Source: Chara braunii (Eukaryota; Plantae; Charophyceae). From it: a DNA stretch of 64,000 nucleotides. Position 1 is the stretch's first letter. Every line of letters starts with the position of its first letter. Shown piece after piece: positions 60,701 through 64,000 of this stretch. The notes below the pieces were generated by a model. The model was not told the origin of the DNA. It saw only the letters and a list, made by a program, of their open reading frames with translations, and made no database searches. Where the stretch lies: contig BFEA01000034.1 in the NCBI GenBank assembly GCA_003427395.1, positions 1,712,323 through 1,776,322 on the forward strand, written 5' to 3'. The translations under genes and the position numbers were made by a program.

Positions 60701-61466
60701 GGGAAGGGCAAGGAATGACCAAGGAGCTGCAAATGGGTCCACTGCAGCAAGTGGAAACCGAAGAGAAAGAGGTGCAAGAGGTGGCCAGTATGCCTTGCCA
60801 AACGAGGAGGTAATGAGGCGGCTGGATCTTGTCCGGAAAAGTGAGGCATACACTTTGCGGCGATCGCGTCTGTCGTTGTTGAATGATCTTGAAGAAGGAC
60901 TCGAGGCTTACGAGAAGGAGAAGTGGCAGGGCCTGAATCTTAGACCACCCGCTGTTGGCAGAAAGGATGGTGCAATGAGCAAAGAAAGAACACAGCTTAG
61001 ACAGGCGGCGATGGTAGCCAAAGCGAGGGCAACAGTGAGGACCACTTCATCAAGCTCAGCCTCGTCCGTCGTCTTCAGTGCAGGTGATGGGCTGTTACGT
61101 CAGTGGAAAGGCATTGCTGGTTCCAGTACCTCTTCAGCTTCCAAAAGCTTGCAACGTTCTCCTCCTCCTCCCAATCCTCAGCCTTTGGCATCGTCCTCAG
61201 GCACCAGTGTGAAACAGTCAGACGACAGTGCCTGGATAAGATCATCGGCTTCTCAGCCTTCGTCAATACTATCTGTGAAGAGCAGGGTAGCGAATGTGAG
61301 AGAAAATGATGATCCGAGCCCTGCAGAAAAGGGGAGTGAACGGAACTCCCCTCTGCGTTCCAGGTTCCTGTCTGCAGCAGAGTTCTTTGGAGATGCTCTC
61401 AGAAGTACTCCCTCCATTGAGGGTGCCAAAGCAGCGGCAAGGTCGCTGAAAGAAAGCATCTTTTAA
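51780..61466 (+). CDS. VPS8: Vacuolar protein sorting 8 homolog (CORVET subunit), 3228 aa, single ORF
   Basis: WD40 propeller (GDLLLAGYASGTIILWDV); LLPWKERIRVLQDAGDWMGA; Vps8 domain FLELLEPYILRDMLGALPPEIMQALV...LHMDIGSLDFNQVVRIC...GLDDFVSPL; CHCR repeat (YVELMCRFE...DAAAFLLERMGD); split C-terminal RING (CCVC...CGHIAHAVC...CPIC). Confidence 0.93.
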   Translation: MSSNTSSSMIDALLGEIEDVSSDDDSATCHQGVTVDDLLGDEDEDDDDVSQAGKEKEQPGGRRTTWREKESIVTSQTGIVPAFRSVGSSTVEERRAHLLARDAATAASARRTAASPPPPPSMGTTSLSPSPSGSSSGVSRSAEAAVETTSAVVGGQDSDDHACRVPLDAGHDDVPTTGLRDLHHSSSNLRQEGARDGDGVPAWPLLPGKARTAYSSEGGGGGGGEKGTASGVFLSAGRAEDTGRSRDQAESASVLSGMRKTGSLIGESDNGGEDFGVCSKEQDEEEGEEEREEDGRKGDEGSLFKGSTSRKTGQIRKAPGRDREVGGSIAANDDDDDDSRIKKHDDVPLSREESGSSGGIQAGGVGDASPGHAVSVDGRAGDWEREEVEVEGSTGDREIMDNVEGQTPKPSPVSTALLSSIVPPPPPLFPLSPSPLSPSPLSLSPPLSPPLSPPPLLLTTTARVDDDSSTSRAISVEVEPPPRLTISIANGSGQREVGGKVNGNGNSGAYADHTAGGDIDRKSIPIVKEDDASAIDTWRRLGGQVAAAFDGVDVDLAPQQRLRRLPGSAVAALLAVEANVQRTRESSRVPSLQLQHFRSPSSSSSSSPSSSSSSASSAISLSTSFMHRRKTAAEFSSPKSSPSLYSCSPLALDEIVGRGGAPGASTTDAATADTTRIAIPATGSSSADETAAEVLLSRQKQTGEETTAILSGSRGKAGRLGLLIVNSRDDADMSAIRQGEQEEVRHDSAIAALLSSPSLAVPDSMISCPVGTSSLLPHALPSVPRIFSLGSCSIEDTPPRVSSGSGVGIWDSRCAAQEERDGGGGNRCRPLFREGGPVQANNVGIGMRSYVDNSSAAAMAVSSSSSIMAVVVDRHVADGGESFRLRGREISSSAASTSYGRTTGDSGHGRTSSGTLSLSQQISLASLDLDAFEMDMPEIYWDSISDGGEDRKSEMLAHASEVENDQGDDDDEDDDAEDYDDGGDDDGDDDDDDDEDEDEGMDSTQSSIEEEGCGDEQEEAERSAAAGGEDTGDLSSGEEEGLDALDAAEEQERRQATSGVDLEEGAASVPMKLEGLKKSKPAVGLLKVDALGQLSSALATSHLRKDHGNPQCIAVHLSYVAVGMSKGGILMAPIKYNSQRSEDKTRDKALLLAGGGGGGGPVVSLDFHSSGDLLLAGYASGTIILWDVLRATPAKIIVGEHSTAVVRVVFVGQDAAAVGGRKALSADAKGVVCVHTFTVVPLVRRYAVGTQPLLDGARMGPILSLSAAMAMDDDNLQRAAGASLSAADAAGTGGTGITGAAATSSSSMGLGATSLFQQSLGLVANAAGVVAATAAEDISRRFLHDVGGGGGGGGGGAAGGAAAAAGGAGGGGGGAGQESLGLVALVSQQLALVVRIVPSLVVLKSLPRPEDIRDGAMPYTAWKRTRKFSSPAYSPTLTTTGGTPLSSSQSFLQGVGDGAHQNGIAAGGTGGGGGGCGGNGSVSMVDDERVPMLGLVWDRHVILVQVIRSELKVVSSWQVDCEMTGIAWIDDAIIATTDVRHVLRLYSIDDGAVTTELERVQLGGVGDGLVFHTYLSTSFGVPLKSYHNSLAIRGAAICVLSFSQLKQVRLLPWKERIRVLQDAGDWMGAFKIAMDLYDGTAKGATGLPRDLWAARAAMMQTLVALLVAYIEEAFAYIVIASVSAPTAPANSVPGRTSTTSGATIAAAIPASSPVDKESVKMAGEMSVARGTTSEESGAVLGNCESGRDSGDGSNLSSSSSSNGGEKPGGGEEEAAQLVVAQYAGVGGVAVEFCVHIGRTDVLFQQVFGKFEAVHQRGTFLELLEPYILRDMLGALPPEIMQALVGWYAARRQLGRVEQCVLHMDIGSLDFNQVVRICREHRLYSALIYVFTKGLDDFVSPLGELLSVGLGEREGERGGGGGESTTSSLLPRPDHDSGYKLLVFLKYCFLGLRFPPGHGSLSAKRLPSLREELVRFLIEKKNTIEEEEEKEEEEEDHAAHDGGGNRDYFDVKKSYNRAAATAYPRLSYLLELDAKATLRVLSFAFPEEGPLGVGSTGWTYGGGGGKVGERVEETVKSSDEEERKIEEKQGDEVDGGKANGEEDGRVHLLLQQLVNALLEVCGFRSSDESRLSNGLVVGVLNMEQQQQKQQDGGGGGARGGGRRRNRSEEDMESGEVGRGTKIPLSWEEVGRVLEFVAKYIASKHVEVSGDVILRIVEHLASGSSRRRARRARREEELMLAVLLAVPPTIINEDEVLRIIDEKGGGFWQVAALLQTRRGNMAGAFESHLKDKSKPDKVFTFVTSMLDSESGLSAEQRSLFMETVLGHLRELLTLDVEAALECVLVHFAGNVERVMRELDCEPRLRFQLLRGILGGAEAHSRSPNSTTNSDSSSNNKVRSKKRSGEEQQAQAPASQRPHNHNSRLTELLNRSNLQVTDAMVTSYVELMCRFEKTAVCPFLERNENYKPEECLALCREYGVTDAAAFLLERMGDVGGALDLILEVVQKRIRAMDRAVARTFGERGREDGKGGKETKEGQRSGNDLQMKGEEEEDKQQQQQEEKEKDVIVLEKLPHVVAVNDAMAMAVSLCQKNNQRLNVRASESLWFRLLSAYVEPLRQLKAISSSFSSPYLGSLERGRKSQAMNLKNTNKEKKKRKKKEKPREEDGLLHDQLLSPLSLISWMKGGGGKGDDVRRGSQGSKSQASLSRKWKCAKNAAATEQMRTLLVGMMGKVMSGMVGYVPLPVLLSKIVSQHGSDQFGEFKATILGLLGTYGFERSILKTAKNLQDGDAFASMHALKRGRTQALGPKSLTCCVCKRNLQQEVAARPVLVRAAGGEGGKNGSSSSAASSSSSSFEGAGRGGVSGPVRGIPVVCSPAENHFSTFTIFVCGHIAHAVCLAGHGQLPAEDTGRGGRIAIGKGSSEPPGGVANDSICPICHHDKLTGGSTDSLAEGSVWESAFVSKGCNFPDEGATASQEVGRARNDQGAANGSTAASGNRRERGARGGQYALPNEEVMRRLDLVRKSEAYTLRRSRLSLLNDLEEGLEAYEKEKWQGLNLRPPAVGRKDGAMSKERTQLRQAAMVAKARATVRTTSSSSASSVVFSAGDGLLRQWKGIAGSSTSSASKSLQRSPPPPNPQPLASSSGTSVKQSDDSAWIRSSASQPSSILSVKSRVANVRENDDPSPAEKGSERNSPLRSRFLSAAEFFGDALRSTPSIEGAKAAARSLKESIF

Positions 61467-61594
61467 TTAATCCCGAAGGTGCAGCAGTGGAAGAAACTGG
61501 TGCCTTGGTCCATGTGGTATGTTCTCTTAGTAGCTGCTCATGCCGTCCCATTTCATCTTGGCAACCATCTCTCTCTCTCTCTCATACACACACA

Positions 61595-61637
<43 letters not shown>

Positions 61638-61788
61638 ACACAAACACACACACACACACATATACACACATTGGTGGCCACACATTTTCTTTTTGGGAGG
61701 GGATGTATGTTTTGTGGGATGATTTGTAATGATTTGTGGGGGAAAGGAGAGAGAGAATTTGGGGTGCTTTAACAGCACGCACACACAG

Positions 61789-61820
<32 letters not shown>

Positions 61821-62633
61821 AGTTTTATGTCTGTTGGTCCTTTTCCTATTGTCTGTCTCCCCTCTGATTTTTTCTAAGTATTTTTGTGTGGGCCCAACTG
61901 AGCACCCTTAGGTAGTGCCAAACAGTCAGTGGTTCCTCGTTTGGAGTGCCAACTGCACTCTTAGGGGGGCCGCTCGGTTCGGGTTATCTGTGTTGCCTGT
62001 AGGTGATGACGGATGCTCGTCGGAGTGTCTCCCTGGCTCAGTGGGTGGTGGGAACCAACAGTCGTGGGGTTCACCCGTGATGTGAGTAGGTGATGTGCTG
62101 CTTTGCTCCGTGTTGGATGTGTGGACGACTCCGTCTGTGCTCCACCACTGCCTTGCTGCCCGTTTGGCTTGCCTCGCAGGTCGTTCTTGGCATGCTGCTG
62201 TCTTCACTGTGTGGTGTGGCCGGGTTGTGGTGTTGCCTTGCGCTTCGCTGCTTCGCTGCCTTGCAACCTGTCCGCTGGTCGTGCCTTCCGGGTCTTTTGC
62301 TTGCGCGCCCTGTAGTTTGGTTGCCGTGTTGCGGTTGCCTTGTGCTCCTCAGCATGGTCGCTCTGCTGCTTGTCCGCTTGCCCTCTCGTCCCTTGCAGTG
62401 TGGTTGTCTTGGTCGTGTTGCCTGGTGCTTCACTGCTTGGGTGCCATGATGCGAGTTCGGCGTGCCGTGTCGTTCCTTGCAGTCGTTTTGCCGTTGTGCA
62501 GCCGTGTTGCCTCTACTGCGCTGCCTGGTGCTCCGCAGGGTTGCTGCCCGCTGCTATGTTCTGCTTGGGGACAGTCTGCCTTCAACAAGGGTCAAAGGGT
62601 TCATGACCCAAACCATCAATACGGGCACTCCGC

Positions 62634-62689
62634 AGATTGTCGAGGGTTTAGCCTCCTGATGAGTCGGTGCAACTCCGACGAAACAATCT
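62634..62689 (+). ncRNA. Type III hammerhead ribozyme, intact
   Basis: Stem III AGATTGT/ACAATCT; GUC cleavage after 62641; stem I GAGG/CCTC (loop GTTTAG); CTGATGA; stem II GTCGG/CCGAC (loop TGCAACT); GAAA. Confidence 0.93.
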
Positions 62690-63501
62690 ATCATCAGTGT
62701 TATTTTTTTCGGTTTTGCATGTTTTGATACTTCATTTTTTTTTGGGATGTTTCTTTGGCATGTTTTTTTTGGACACACACACACACACGCACACACTCTT
62801 CGTTGGTTCTCTATTTTCCTCTGTTTGTTATGTCTTTCTCACTGTGTTTGCTGCATTTCCTTTTCTTTTCTGTTTCTTTTCAATGTGTCCAGCGACCCTC
62901 CTCAGTATGTGTTTTGCAGTATTTTTGGGCTGGGGGTCGGGAGGGCTTGTGTGTCTGGTGTCCTCAGTGGTGAGAGATGTTCGTTCCTCCTGTAACTTCA
63001 TGGTCATTGACAGTGGCGTGAACCCATCGGCTGCAGAATTGCACGATTTTTGTGATGTGATTGTCCACCTCGATCTGTGATATAGGAGTGGGCTGCTGAT
63101 CTGCTTGTCTTGCTACTTATCCCTCTGCCTTGTTGCCTTGTTGCCTTGCTGCGCCTTGCCACTTGCCTGGCCTTTTCCCTGGCCAGCTCGCTGCTTGCCT
63201 TCCTGTCTCCCTGCCTGCCTGCCTGCCTGCCTTGTTGACTTGCTGCTTACCTTGCTTCCTACTTGTCTGCCTGCTTGGCTCATGCCTTGCCGCTTGTCCT
63301 GCCATTTGCATGCCTTGTAGCCTTGCGGCCCTGTTTGCACCCGATTTGTTGTTTTCTTTGTTGTTTGCATGCTGCTTACCTTGCCATGCTTGCTGCCTTG
63401 GTGCCTGCTTGTCGGCCTGTGTTGTGGCCTCTCTGTATTTCCATTTTTCAGCTGGAGTCGAGACAGATTATGACTTGAAGCACCATAAGGAGATTCTGCT
63501 G

Positions 63502-63553
63502 ACTGTCGAGCGCTCAAGCTGCTGATGAGTCGGTGAGAGTCTGATGAAATAGT
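63502..63553 (+). ncRNA. Type III hammerhead ribozyme, degenerate second copy
   Basis: ACTGT-C-GAGC-GCTCAA-GCTG-CTGATGA-GTCGG-TGAGAGT-CTGAT-GAA-ATAGT. Core intact, with G-U wobbles and one stem I mismatch. Confidence 0.78.
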
Positions 63554-64000
63554 GTGTCATTATGGCGTTTTTAATGCTCTTTTTTTCCTTTTTGTATGTT
63601 TTCCCTCACTTTATGATATTTCTTGCTCGTTCATTCTTGCAGTATGATGAGGTTGGTTAGTCTGATGCTGGAAATCTGATGTATCTTTTGAATCCTTTAT
63701 GTCAACACTCTTTACCTTGCACATGAGACTATGCCTTGGTGCCAAGCTGTATGGCTGAAGGTTTTTATCATACACAGCTAAAAGGGCCTTTACCCGATAT
63801 AGGCCTCAGGCCTTGTAAAAATAAAGCAGCACGGGCCTTGAAAAAGTAAAGCATTGTGAAAAGGTATCTCGTCAGAGCTCAGAAACGTGAAAGCAGGTCA
63901 AAGGGCAAGTTCTCTATCAACAGGCATATTTAAAACTAAGGCAAAGGGCATTGTCAAAAGACTTACCTGTTCACCAGGAGATGTGTATGTCATGTCTGTT

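Larger units (their letters stand above)
61900..63620 (+). mobile_element. Tandem diverged non-coding repeat units, each ending in a hammerhead (retrozyme- or Penelope pLTR-like)
   Basis: Two similarly organised units (TGCC/TTGC-rich body, ATGAC...CCAT lead-in, hammerhead, T-rich tail). Cleavage sites are 866 nt apart. Confidence 0.5.

Noticed and set aside
51856-61459. Numerous short overlapping and antisense ORFs within VPS8
   Set aside because: Shadow ORFs of a GC-rich, low-complexity coding sequence.

Overview
Eukaryotic, repeat-dense window with three N-gaps (9382-10076, 32487-32790, 39683-40288). The plant-type VPS8, abundant GA/CA/TA microsatellites and L1/Tx1-type LINEs suggest a streptophyte alga such as Chara; this assignment is inference only. 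One intact host gene is present: an apparently intronless 3228-aa VPS8 (51780-61466, +). Most of the rest is mobile DNA. There are four decayed L1/Tx1-like LINEs, one near full length and at least one with a twin-priming 5' inversion. There is also a large CACTA/Plavaka-like DNA-transposon region (~5976-41673) whose minus-strand cargo includes a Plavaka transposase, a Ulp1/C48 SUMO protease and a divergent histone H3-fold protein with CENH3-like features and a basic C-terminal tail. This region is punctuated by two families of fixed-length (70-72 bp) inverted-repeat modules with variable spacers, and it contains a 150-bp-period satellite. Four type III hammerhead ribozyme motifs of one family occur: a tandem pair 866 nt apart (62634, 63502) and two copies truncated near the cleavage site inside (TA)n tracts (13867-14157). 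A 58-bp 28S rRNA fragment ending just before the R2/I-PpoI target site lies upstream of VPS8.
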